A DNA stretch of 64,000 nucleotides, taken from NCBI GenBank assembly GCA_023247255.1, contig JAHFGV010000005.1, positions 6,067-70,066 on the forward strand, in the 5' to 3' direction. The position numbers were made by a program, and so were the translations under genes. This document shows, in pieces, positions 28,131-38,051 of this stretch (positions within the stretch are counted from its first letter, which is position 1; the number at the start of each line of letters is the position of its first letter). The stretch is from Candidatus Omnitrophota bacterium. Lineage in GTDB: Bacteria > Omnitrophota > Gorgyraeia > Aquiviventales > Aquiviventaceae. Under the pieces are notes generated by a model that was not told where the DNA came from, made no database searches, and saw only the letters and a program-made list of their open reading frames with translations.

Positions 28131-30191
28131 ATGCGCGCGATGCTTTGTTGGACGTTGGGAGGAATTCTGGGTGTGAGTCTATGGTTACCCTCACGCCTTG
28201 CTGAGGCTGCGGACCCGGAGGTTTCCCTTTCCCTGGAGCCCATCCGTTATGCGTTCGTCAATGGCGACCGGGATAAGTTTAGCGCCCATCATTGGATGAA
28301 AGACAACTACGTCGGAGGCGTGAAGGAGTTTTCCTTCGACTACGCCCTTGCGGATGGAACGCAGCTCTCCGCAGAAAGCCACGCGCTCATTGATCAAAAC
28401 GATTTGGGCGCTGACGTCTCACTTAAGAAAGACTCACTGGGCTTTTTCAATCTCGGCTACTCCGAATTCCGCAAGTATTACGATAAAACCGGTGGTGTGT
28501 ACTATCCGTTTACCACCCTTCGCAGCAACGATACGTTTAAGGACCTTGCTCTGGACATCGGTCACCTCAGCCTTGAAAGCGGGTTGACCCTGGAAGGCTG
28601 GCCTGACCTGACCTTCGAGTACGAGCGCGAATTCAAGGATGGGGCGAAATCGCGCCTGAGCTGGGTCCCAACGAAGGAAGGGACCACCACCCGGAATATC
28701 GGTCCCTCGTGGCAAGATCTTGATGAGGTCGTCGACTCATTTGGCCTCAAAGCCGATCATGAGATCGCAGGATTCACTCTCAAGGGCGAGCAGCGATGGG
28801 AGTTCGTGCGGACCGAAACCTTTCGGGAGGAGAAATTTCTCGCGACAACAGGTGTCGCAGCAGACACCAAGATTCGACGGCAGGACCAAGCCCCGCAAGC
28901 CACCTTGATGACGACGACGTTAGGCGGGGAGCGTTCGTTCTTCGCTGACAAGATATTTACATCGATGGGCTACCATTTCGCCCACATGGATAATCGGGAA
29001 TTCGAGACAATCGTCGAGTCGAACGCGGCTGGAACCGTAACAAACTTTTCGAATCCGAAGCAGATCCGTAATGCGCGCGCCGATAACGACTACGATACCC
29101 ATACCTGGGTAGGGAACTTCATGATCAACCCCTGGAACTGGCTGAGCCTCGGGACCAAACTCAAGGCTGAAGCGATTCACCGGGAGAGCGACTCAAGCTA
29201 TCCGGCGGATGCCTCGCCGAACTCCACGGGCGGCAGCACCCCGAATGGGGCGATCGACTCTCTCGTGGCCAGTCTCAACAAGAACAAGGCCGTTCGCTGG
29301 GGGGAAGGAGTGTCCCTGCGGTTTTTTGGCATCCCACGCACCGCTCTCTACACTGATTTGGAGTTGGAGCAATCGCGAGTAATCTTGGCAGAGGATCGGA
29401 AAGATTTAGTGACGATCCCGAATGTCAACGAGGATTTCAGCCGCTACACTGTCACCAACGTCCGACGAGGGACGTGGACATTGGGCGGCCATGTCGCGCC
29501 GGGGTCGTTCCTCGATCTGACGACGCAGGTCCGGCGACGTGTCAACAACAACGACTACGATGACCAACGGGAAACCGTCGCCTCAGGGACGGCGCTGTCC
29601 GCATTCGTCGATATGCAGAACATCCATACGGATGAGTTCACCACGCGGGCCACGCTGCGGCCCTCTCGGTGGTTTCGCCCCTCGTTCCGGTACCAGTTCC
29701 GTAACGATAAATATGCGACTCGGACGGAAGCGCAGGATACCGTAAAGACGGGTATGCTCTCGAACATCTACACTTTTGACGTAACGGCACAACCGTTGCG
29801 AGACCTCACGACCACCGCCTCCTTCTCGCGTCAGACGGCCGTCACCACCACTCCCGCGGGTTCGGCGTCGTCAGCAAACGTTCCTGGGTTTCGCGCAAAT
29901 GTCAACACGTGGCTTTTCAGCACCGACTACAGCCCAAGGGCGAATGTGAGTATCACCAACGCGCTGCTCTATTCGCGCGCAAGAAACTTCAACGATTTTA
30001 CCGCCAGCGGGATGCCGTTCGGGACCTCGTTTGATCGGCTGGATGTGACCACAGGTCTGAAGTGGGCGCTGACCGAGGATACGTCTGTTGGCACCGAATA
30101 CGCATTCTACTCGTATCTGCCCAATTCGCTGACCGAAGTGGGCGACTACCATGCCCACGTCATCTGGCTCGAGTTGTCGAAGCAGTTTTGA
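28131..30191 (+). CDS. putative outer-membrane beta-barrel (porin partner of the preceding cytochrome, MtrB/PioB/MtoB-like)
   Basis: 686 aa with a signal peptide, alternating amphipathic beta-strand patterns and an aromatic C-terminus ...HVIWLELSKQF. Gene order cytochrome then barrel matches mtrAB/pioAB/mtoAB. No sequence comparison was possible. Confidence 0.45.
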   Translation: MRAMLCWTLGGILGVSLWLPSRLAEAADPEVSLSLEPIRYAFVNGDRDKFSAHHWMKDNYVGGVKEFSFDYALADGTQLSAESHALIDQNDLGADVSLKKDSLGFFNLGYSEFRKYYDKTGGVYYPFTTLRSNDTFKDLALDIGHLSLESGLTLEGWPDLTFEYEREFKDGAKSRLSWVPTKEGTTTRNIGPSWQDLDEVVDSFGLKADHEIAGFTLKGEQRWEFVRTETFREEKFLATTGVAADTKIRRQDQAPQATLMTTTLGGERSFFADKIFTSMGYHFAHMDNREFETIVESNAAGTVTNFSNPKQIRNARADNDYDTHTWVGNFMINPWNWLSLGTKLKAEAIHRESDSSYPADASPNSTGGSTPNGAIDSLVASLNKNKAVRWGEGVSLRFFGIPRTALYTDLELEQSRVILAEDRKDLVTIPNVNEDFSRYTVTNVRRGTWTLGGHVAPGSFLDLTTQVRRRVNNNDYDDQRETVASGTALSAFVDMQNIHTDEFTTRATLRPSRWFRPSFRYQFRNDKYATRTEAQDTVKTGMLSNIYTFDVTAQPLRDLTTTASFSRQTAVTTTPAGSASSANVPGFRANVNTWLFSTDYSPRANVSITNALLYSRARNFNDFTASGMPFGTSFDRLDVTTGLKWALTEDTSVGTEYAFYSYLPNSLTEVGDYHAHVIWLELSKQF

Positions 30192-30634
30192 TGTGTCCTC
30201 GTCAGCCCCTCAGTCGCCGGGTTTTCCTGGCGCTTTGCCTCAGGGGTGGTGGGCTTGCCCTGCTTGGGGCTGCGCTCTATCCCATCCTGCGGTATCTCTA
30301 TCCTCCCCGAGGCGTTGAATCCTCCGTCTCCAGCGTTGCGGCGGCGAAGGTGGGGGATCTGGCGACGAATACCGCGAAGATCTTCCGGTTCGGCAGTCGG
30401 CCCGGCCTCCTCATTCGTTCCCCCCAAGGCGAGCTCAAAGCCTTCTCGGCGGTGTGCACCCACCTCAACTGCACCGTTCAGTACGACAGCGACGCGAGCA
30501 TCATCTGGTGCGCCTGCCACAACGGCAAGTATGACTTAAACGGACAGGTCATCTCCGGCCCTCCCCCACGACCACTCGATGCCTACCAGGTGAACGTCCG
30601 CGGAGAAGACATCATCGTCTCCAAGACGTCCTAG
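30191..30634 (+). CDS. Rieske [2Fe-2S] protein
   Basis: TAT-like SRRVFLALCL. Rieske boxes CTHLNC and CACHNGKYD. About 147 aa. ATG overlaps the upstream stop. Confidence 0.8.
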   Translation: MCPRQPLSRRVFLALCLRGGGLALLGAALYPILRYLYPPRGVESSVSSVAAAKVGDLATNTAKIFRFGSRPGLLIRSPQGELKAFSAVCTHLNCTVQYDSDASIIWCACHNGKYDLNGQVISGPPPRPLDAYQVNVRGEDIIVSKTS

Positions 30635-30638
30635 CCTG

Positions 30639-31709
30639 ATGGGGTACTTCGAGCACCTACGCGCATTCTTGCATGAGCGCTACCGGCTGGGTGGCCTAGT
30701 GGATCTCGCCACGCATAAGACGGTCCCCATCCACCGCCACAGCGTCTGGTACTACTGGGGCGGCATGACGCTCGTGCTCATCGGCATCCAGATCATCAGC
30801 GGTGTGCTGCTGTTGCTGTACTACCGCCCATCAGCCCAGGAAGCCTTCGAGTCGGTTCGCTTCCTCATGACGCGGGTGCAATTCGGGTGGCTGGTGCGCT
30901 CCGTGCACGCGTGGGCGGCGAACCTGGCGATCTTCTGCGCGATGGTGCATCTGGCCAGCGTCTTTTTCCTGAAGGCGTATCGGCCACCCCGTGAACTGAC
31001 CTGGGTGACCGGGGTTGTGTTGTTGTTTCTGCTATTTGGTTTCGGATTTACCGGCTACCTCCTGCCGTGGAATACGCTGGCGTTTTTCGCCACCAAGGTC
31101 GGCACGGAAATCGCGGGGATTGTGCCCGTCGTCGGGCCTGTCGTTCAAATCTTTCTGCGCGGTGGAAGCGACGTTGGGGATGTGACGATCACGCGGTTCT
31201 TTTGGCTTCATGTCGCAATCCTGCCAATCGGCCTGATGACACTCTTAAGCCTTCATCTGCTCATGATCCAGCTCCAGGGCATGAGCAAACCGCCTTGGGT
31301 TAAGAGCAATCGGTCCATGCCGTTCTTTCCGAATTTTTTCCTGCGCGATCTGGTTGCCTGGTCACTCATACTGGGGATAGTGCTGTGTGTGAGCGTGCAC
31401 TGGCCCGCGACGCTCGGCGAAAAGGCCGATCCGTTCGCTCCGACACCCGTGGGCATCCAACCGGAATGGTATTTTCTCTGGATGTTTCAGACGCTCAAGA
31501 TTTTCCCTGGCCACCTGTTTGGTCTCGAGGGTGAGTTAGTCGCGGTGGGATTGACCGGACTGGCGGGTCTTGCGCTGCTACTCGTTCCATGGCTGGATCG
31601 CCCCGCCCGACGGGAGCAATCATCCTGGCTGGTATGGGCTGTTGGCGTGTTGGGCATTGCCTATGTCGTCGGGATGACCGGCTACGCGCTATGGGTGAAA
31701 CCTCACTGA
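30639..31709 (+). CDS. cytochrome b (fused b6 / subunit IV type)
   Basis: 356 aa. His ligands lie in TM helices (VHAWAANLAIFCAMVHL, WLHVAILPIGLMTLLSLHLLMIQ). PEWYFL motif present. Confidence 0.85.
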   Translation: MGYFEHLRAFLHERYRLGGLVDLATHKTVPIHRHSVWYYWGGMTLVLIGIQIISGVLLLLYYRPSAQEAFESVRFLMTRVQFGWLVRSVHAWAANLAIFCAMVHLASVFFLKAYRPPRELTWVTGVVLLFLLFGFGFTGYLLPWNTLAFFATKVGTEIAGIVPVVGPVVQIFLRGGSDVGDVTITRFFWLHVAILPIGLMTLLSLHLLMIQLQGMSKPPWVKSNRSMPFFPNFFLRDLVAWSLILGIVLCVSVHWPATLGEKADPFAPTPVGIQPEWYFLWMFQTLKIFPGHLFGLEGELVAVGLTGLAGLALLLVPWLDRPARREQSSWLVWAVGVLGIAYVVGMTGYALWVKPH

Positions 31710-32995
31710 TGACAGGGTATCGTCTACGGGTGGCACTCGGACTTCTGCTGTGCCCTGGCTTTGTGTGGTCGGCTGAGAAGCCGAATAGTTGTGTCGAGTG
31801 CCACAAGCAGGTGGAGGGCCAAACGCGAGGGCCGGCCACACTGGCTGCAGAGGACGTGCATTTCCAGCGAGGCTTGTCCTGCGTGGATTGCCATGGCGGC
31901 GATCCAACAGCGATGGATCCTCAAGCCGCGATGGACCCGGCTAAAGGGTTCCTCGGTCGCCCGAGGCGGGAGCAGATTCCCCAGTTTTGCGCCCGGTGCC
32001 ACGCGGATCCGGCCACCATGCGCAAGTACAATCCCAATCTTCCGACTGACCAATACGCGAAGTACCTGACCAGTCAGCACGGGAAGCGCTTCAGTGTTGG
32101 CGATGCCGATGTGCCGGTCTGCATCAGTTGCCACGAGGCGCACGGCATCCGCTCGAAAAAAGACCCAGCCTCGCCGGTCTACCCGACGAACATCCCCGGA
32201 ACCTGCGCGAGCTGCCACAGCGACGCGTCGATCATGGACAAACACGGCTTGCCGGTGAACCAGCACTGGGACTACTCGCAGAGCGTCCACGGCCAGGCGC
32301 TGTTGTTCCGTGGCGATCGTGCGGCTCCCCATTGCGCGAGCTGCCACGGATCGCACGAAGCGGCCAAACCTAGGACGGTCGCAATCGGCAACGTCTGCGC
32401 TCAGTGCCATAGCCTCACGCGCGATCTGTTTGCAAAGAGTCCCCACAAGGCCGCGCATGAAGCCTTAGGGCTTCCGGAGTGCGAGGTCTGCCACGGCAAT
32501 CACCTGATCCGCAAGCCAAGCGACGAGATGCTTGGGACGGGACAAGATGCGGTGTGTGTCAGTTGTCACGAGCCAGGGTCGACCGGCTACGTCACCGCGC
32601 AGCAGATGCGCAGCGCCATCGAGCAACTGAAAACCCACATGGCCAGCGCTGAGGCAGCCGTCAGGCACGCAGCGGAGTTGGGCATGGATGTCGGTGACGC
32701 GGAATTTGAGCTTCGCGAGGCGATGACCCAACTCACGCAAGAGCGCACCTACGTCCACTCTTTCTCCGCCGCAACCATGGAACCCATTGCCGAGGAGGGA
32801 ACTCACCACGCCCTGCGGGCCGAGGGGCAAGCCCGCCAGGCGATCCGTGAGTTTCATTTCCGCCGTCAGGGCTTGTGGGTCACCCTGATCATTCTCGCCC
32901 TCGTGGTTTCTGGACTCCTTCTGAAGATTCGAGACTTGGAGCGATCGGACTCGACAGACAAGATGGACGACACATCCCCTCGCGACTCCTCGTAA
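31709..32995 (+). CDS. multiheme (about 9 heme) cytochrome c with C-terminal membrane anchor
   Basis: Signal peptide, then nine CxxCH motifs and a C-terminal TM helix WVTLIILALVVSGLLLKI. Start overlaps the cytochrome b stop. Confidence 0.75.
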   Translation: MTGYRLRVALGLLLCPGFVWSAEKPNSCVECHKQVEGQTRGPATLAAEDVHFQRGLSCVDCHGGDPTAMDPQAAMDPAKGFLGRPRREQIPQFCARCHADPATMRKYNPNLPTDQYAKYLTSQHGKRFSVGDADVPVCISCHEAHGIRSKKDPASPVYPTNIPGTCASCHSDASIMDKHGLPVNQHWDYSQSVHGQALLFRGDRAAPHCASCHGSHEAAKPRTVAIGNVCAQCHSLTRDLFAKSPHKAAHEALGLPECEVCHGNHLIRKPSDEMLGTGQDAVCVSCHEPGSTGYVTAQQMRSAIEQLKTHMASAEAAVRHAAELGMDVGDAEFELREAMTQLTQERTYVHSFSAATMEPIAEEGTHHALRAEGQARQAIREFHFRRQGLWVTLIILALVVSGLLLKIRDLERSDSTDKMDDTSPRDSS

Positions 32996-33032
32996 AATCT
33001 GCCATTTCCGGCTATGATATCTGCGGAGCATC

Positions 33033-34550
33033 ATGAACCACACATCGATGCCAAAACCCCCCAGCCTCTTGCGCAACCCGCTGAGCTTTTTCGGCCTCGC
33101 CGTCGCCATCACGAGCACGGCGTTTGGCCTGCCCATGATGTTCGTCGACATGTTCAGTCGACGCACGCATCCGTATCTTGCTGTGCTCGTTTATCTCGTG
33201 CTGCCGTTCGTTGCAGCAGGCGGCGTCGGCTTAGTCCTGCTTGGAGCATTGTGGGAACGCCGTCGAAGACGCCGACGGCCTGGCATGGTAGTGCCACCCC
33301 TGCCATCCATCGATCTCAATCGAAGCGCCCACCAGATTGCTGTGGCTGGAGCACTCACAACGTTCATGACTATTGTGGCCATGCTCTCCGTGACCGGCTA
33401 CCGGGCGTACCACTTTACGGAGTCGGTCAAATTCTGCGGCCTGGTCTGTCACCAGGTGATGAAACCGGAGTATACGGCGTATCAGTATTCTCCGCATGCG
33501 CGCGTGGCCTGCACCCAGTGCCATGTCGGGCCTGGTGCAAGCTGGTTCGTGCGCTCAAAGATCACAGGAGCGTATCAGGTTTACGCGGTTACATTCAACA
33601 AGTACCCGCGCCCGATTCCCACACCCGTGAAGAGCCTGCGTCCGGCGCAAGAAACTTGCGAGCAATGCCACTGGCCGGCGAAGTTTTTTGGCGCGCAGCA
33701 GAAAACCTTCACGCACTACATGGCGGATGAGCACAACAGCCCGTGGCAGATTCAGATGCTGCTGAAAATCGGCGGCGGCGATCCGTCGGTTGGCGCTCCT
33801 GCGGGCATTCACTGGCACATGAACATCAAGAACGATATTTATTACATTGCCTCAGATGAGCAGCGGGAAACCATTCCGTGGGTGCGCGTGGTCGAGCCGC
33901 AGGGACGCATCGCCGAATATATGTCGATGGAAAGTCCGCTCTCGCCGGAGCAGATCGTAAAGAGCGAAGTGCGCCGCATGGACTGCGTGGATTGCCACAA
34001 CCGGCCCTCCCACATCTTTCGACCGCCGGATCGTGCGGTGGAGGAGGCCTTCGAGACCGGCCGGCTAGAGCGGTCCCTGCCGTATCTGAAGCGCGAAGCC
34101 ATAAGGTTGTTGGCGCAAGAGTACCCCTCGGAGGAGCAGGCGTTATCAGCCATCCTGAAAGGCTTGGCCGAGTTCTACCAGAAGGACTATCCAGAGGTGT
34201 ATCGCGAACAGGCAGTCGCTATTCAACAGGCCACAGCTGAGTTGCAACGCATCTATTCGAGGAATTTCTTTCCCGAGATGCGCGCCGATTGGCGCGCCCA
34301 TCCCAACCACATGGGCCATCTAAATGCCGAAGGCTGCTTCCGCTGCCACGATGGGCTGCACAAAAACCGCGAGGGCAAGGTGCTAACCAAAGACTGTACC
34401 GCCTGTCACACGATCTTGGCCCAGGGGCCACCTGAGGAGGTGGCGCAAGCCAAGCTTGAAGCGCAGCCGTTTCGCCACCCGGTCGACGTGGGGATGGACG
34501 TGACGGAATTTAAGTGCAGCCAGTGTCATACCGGCACGAGCGGTCTCTAG
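33033..34550 (+). CDS. inner-membrane heptaheme cytochrome c (NapC/NirT-superfamily, ImcH-like)
   Basis: Three N-terminal TM helices followed by seven CxxCH motifs. 505 aa. Confidence 0.6.
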   Translation: MNHTSMPKPPSLLRNPLSFFGLAVAITSTAFGLPMMFVDMFSRRTHPYLAVLVYLVLPFVAAGGVGLVLLGALWERRRRRRRPGMVVPPLPSIDLNRSAHQIAVAGALTTFMTIVAMLSVTGYRAYHFTESVKFCGLVCHQVMKPEYTAYQYSPHARVACTQCHVGPGASWFVRSKITGAYQVYAVTFNKYPRPIPTPVKSLRPAQETCEQCHWPAKFFGAQQKTFTHYMADEHNSPWQIQMLLKIGGGDPSVGAPAGIHWHMNIKNDIYYIASDEQRETIPWVRVVEPQGRIAEYMSMESPLSPEQIVKSEVRRMDCVDCHNRPSHIFRPPDRAVEEAFETGRLERSLPYLKREAIRLLAQEYPSEEQALSAILKGLAEFYQKDYPEVYREQAVAIQQATAELQRIYSRNFFPEMRADWRAHPNHMGHLNAEGCFRCHDGLHKNREGKVLTKDCTACHTILAQGPPEEVAQAKLEAQPFRHPVDVGMDVTEFKCSQCHTGTSGL

Positions 34551-34627
34551 GCCTGCCCGCCTGTCGTCCAAAAGTGTGATCTGGGTCATAGTTCGTCTCC
34601 CTGCGTTCTGAGAAGATTACTTAGGCG

Positions 34628-36183
34628 ATGGGGGAGGCTCTGACGAGAAACGGCGGACGGATACGGCGCGTAGCGCTCTGCGCGCTCTTCACGTGCTGGA
34701 CCTGGGCGCCGCGGGCCATGGGAGAGGGCAGCGTCTCTCCAGCCGCGCAAGAGATCGACAACGCTGCCTGTCTGGCTTGCCATGGTGATCCCTCGGCAAT
34801 CCGCTTTGTGGACCACGCGAAGTTCGAGGCTTCCGTCCATGGGAGTTTTTCCTGCACTACCTGCCACGCGGATGTCGTCACCATTCCCCATGACGTGCCG
34901 CTGGAGTCGATCAGTCAGTCGCAGATCCCCCTCACGTGCGGCCAGTGCCATGAAGACATCAAGGCTGCCTACCAGCGGAGTATCCACGCTCAGGCGGTCG
35001 CCGCCGGCAAGCGCCATGCGCCCGTCTGCACCGACTGCCATGGTGAGCACTATGTGGCCCCGGTGAAAACGGAGGCGTCGAAAGTGTTTCCCTCGCACAT
35101 CCCGCAGACGTGCGCACAGTGCCACGCGGCGGAGCGCATCGTTACGAAGTATCGGTTGCCGGCGTACGTGGTCGATACGTACATGAGCAGCTTCCACGGC
35201 CTCATACACCAACTGGGATCCGTGACGGCCGCGAACTGCGCCTCCTGCCACGGGGCGCATGACATTCTCCCCGCGAACGACGAGCGTTCCTCGGTCAATC
35301 CGAAGAACCTGCCGAAAACCTGTGGCTCCTGCCATCCGGGCGTCGGCGCGTTCGTCGCACAGGGAAAGATTCACTCCGGCACACAGCCCGGAGCGGAACA
35401 TCCTGCGGTGACATTCGTTCGCCGGTTCTACCTCATCCTCATCGGTTTGGTCATTGGGGGCATGCTGATTCACAACGGTCTCGATTTCCGCAAAAAACTC
35501 TCGATCCATTACCAACGGATGGCCGCCAGCAGCGCGGTACAACGGATGAGTCTTAATGAGCGCCTTCAACATGGCGTGCTCTTGATCGCCTTTGCGACGC
35601 TCGCCTATACCGGATTTGCGTTAAAGTTCCCGCATGTCTGGTGGGCACGCCCCTTCATGGGCCGCGTCGACTGGCGCCGCCTGGGGCATCGGGGAGCGGC
35701 GGTCGTCTTCTGCCTGCTCGCCGGCTACCACCTCTGGTTCATGACGTGCACGAAACGGGGGCGGAGCGAGTTGCGCGCCTTGCGACCCGAACGAGCCGAC
35801 TTCACGCACCTGAGACGGATGCTCGGCTTCTATCTGGGTAGGAGCCGGGAGCAGCCGCGCGCGGCGCGGTACAGCTACGTGGAGAAAGCGGAGTATTGGG
35901 CGCGGTCTGGGGTTCAGTCATCATGGTGCTCACCGGCGGTCTGATGACCTGGCAGAATTGGACATTGCGCTTCCTGCCCAAGTGGGCGTTCGATGTTTTT
36001 ATCACGGTGCATTTTTATGAAGCACTCCTCGCATGCTTGGCGATCCTTATTTGGCACCTCTACTTCGTCATGTACGATCCCGATGAATACCCGATGAAGT
36101 GGACGTGGATCAGCGGCAAGGCCTCACCCACCGACGAGGCACATCGGCATCCAGGCGACGCCGAGGAAGGCAATCCAGGCTGA
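34628..36183 (+). CDS. CbcL-like fusion of a heptaheme cytochrome c with a FdnI/HydC-type di-heme cytochrome b (interrupted by a frameshift near 35897)
   Basis: Seven CxxCH motifs, then TM helices with conserved His (RFYLILIGLVIGGMLIHNG, HGVLLIAF, HRGAAVVFCLLAGYHLW). The reading frame shifts -1 at the tattgggcgcgg G-run and continues as VWGSVIMVLTGGLMTW ... HFYEALLACLAILIWHLYF. Confidence 0.6.
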
Positions 36184-36269
36184 ATCCTCTAAGACTTAAC
36201 GCCGTGTTGGCGCAAAAACATACCTCGGAGGCGCAAACGTCCTCTGTATGATAAAATAGAAACCTTGCC

Positions 36270-38051
36270 ATGACACCCTTCGTCCGATTCCTTGGATCGC
36301 TGAGCATCGCGGTGCCGCTGCTGATCGTGATTGCCCTGGTGCTCGCATGGGGCACCATCTATGAAACCCGCTTTGGCACGGCGGCGGTTCAGCGCTTTGT
36401 CTACCACGCGTGGTGGTTTCAAGCGCTCCTCGGCTTTCTGGCGATCAACCTCGCCGTGGCTGCGCTCGAGCGCTATCCGTGGCAGCGTCGACACCTGCCG
36501 TTTGTCCTGGCCCACATCGGCATCATCCTCATCCTGATTGGGGGGATTATCGGAGCCCGATTCGGCATCGAGGGTCAGATGATCATTCCGGAAGCTCAGG
36601 CCGAGCGCGTCCTCGAGCAGCCAGGCAATGTCCTTGTAGTGCGCCAGCCAAACCCGGGTCTATCTATCATCATCCCCACGCAGTTTGAAACGCAGGCCTG
36701 GGTGCATGAGCCGAACGCGACCTTTCCCGTGACTCTCGATGGCCGGACGATTGCGCTCACCGTCGACCGCTACTATCCCGACGCGGTGACGGATGAAGAA
36801 ATCACAAGCGGTGGCGCTGAGGACAATCCGGCTCTCCACATGCTGCTTACGCACAACGAGCAGCAGGATGCGGTGTGGCTCATGAGCAGGGACTCTGAGC
36901 GTTTTGGTATGGGCTGGGGTGAGGCGCACGTGCTCTTCCTTGAACCAAGAACTGCTTCTGAAGTCGATCGGCTTACTGGGGCTGGGCGCTCACCTGGCGT
37001 CGCGTCTGCGCGAGGCGTGATCGTTATCCGCCTACCCGGGATGCATGCGCCACGCGAGATTCCGGTTCCCGATGAGCGCAACCGATCCGTCGACGTCACA
37101 GGCACGCCCTATCAGATCATCTTCAAGGATTACTTTCCCGATTTTGCGATTACCGAACAGGGGATCGTGAGCCGCTCGCTTGAGGCCAATAACCCTGCGG
37201 TTTCTTTCATCATCACCGGACCCGAGGGAACCGATGCGTATTTGCTGTTTGCGCTCCATCCCGATTTTCAAACGATCCATGGCTTCGAACATAAGATCGA
37301 CGCCCAGGTGAGTTATACCCACACCGCCAGCGCTGCGCTGCCTCCCAATTGTATCGGGCTCATCCGTGCACCATCAGGAACCTTAATCGGTATCTTGACC
37401 GGCAGCGGGACCGATCGATCCGTGATCAATCCGCTGGAACTTGGCAAACGGTACACCCACCCTTCGCTCGGCTATCAGTTTGAAGTCGCCACGTACTATC
37501 CCCGTGCGGTTCTCACGCAGCACGTCACCAACCGAGGAGATGAAATCAAAGCCGAAACGCTTCATCTCGTGGGACGTGAAGGTGATCAGAGCGCAGAGGC
37601 GTGGTTGGGTTTGCGCGGCTCGGCAGAATTCGCGTTGGGAAAGGAGCCGGTTACGATTGAGTACCGACCGGCCCGATGGGAGCTGCCGTTTACCATCAAG
37701 CTCTTGGACTTTCGCAAGATCGACTATCCAGGAACGCAGATGGCCTCGGCGTTTGAAAGCGACGTGGAGCTCACCGATTCTCAGCGGGGTGTCATCCTGA
37801 TGCGCAAGATTACGATGAACAACCCCCTGCGCTACCGCGGGTTTAGCGTGTACCAATCCAGCTACATCGAAGGCCCGACGGAAACCACAGTGCTCTCGGT
37901 GCGCAATGATCCAGGAACCCCATTTGTTTATGCGGGGTTCATCATTGTGATCGCCGGCGTCGTCAGTATGTTTGTGCTCGGCACCCCCTCCACGACCGCA
38001 ACCCCTCCGCCTTCGATCCGGCGAGTACGCAGAAGGAGCCGCTCTTCATGA
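36270..38051 (+). CDS. ccsB: cytochrome c biogenesis protein ResB/CcsB
   Basis: 593 aa with N-terminal TM helices, a large soluble domain and a C-terminal TM. ResB-like. Confidence 0.8.
   Translation: MTPFVRFLGSLSIAVPLLIVIALVLAWGTIYETRFGTAAVQRFVYHAWWFQALLGFLAINLAVAALERYPWQRRHLPFVLAHIGIILILIGGIIGARFGIEGQMIIPEAQAERVLEQPGNVLVVRQPNPGLSIIIPTQFETQAWVHEPNATFPVTLDGRTIALTVDRYYPDAVTDEEITSGGAEDNPALHMLLTHNEQQDAVWLMSRDSERFGMGWGEAHVLFLEPRTASEVDRLTGAGRSPGVASARGVIVIRLPGMHAPREIPVPDERNRSVDVTGTPYQIIFKDYFPDFAITEQGIVSRSLEANNPAVSFIITGPEGTDAYLLFALHPDFQTIHGFEHKIDAQVSYTHTASAALPPNCIGLIRAPSGTLIGILTGSGTDRSVINPLELGKRYTHPSLGYQFEVATYYPRAVLTQHVTNRGDEIKAETLHLVGREGDQSAEAWLGLRGSAEFALGKEPVTIEYRPARWELPFTIKLLDFRKIDYPGTQMASAFESDVELTDSQRGVILMRKITMNNPLRYRGFSVYQSSYIEGPTETTVLSVRNDPGTPFVYAGFIIVIAGVVSMFVLGTPSTTATPPPSIRRVRRRSRSS

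Noticed and set aside
34586-35572. 328-aa minus-strand ORF
   Set aside because: Antisense to the CbcL-like cytochrome gene. No motifs. The plus-strand gene has clear heme-binding sites.
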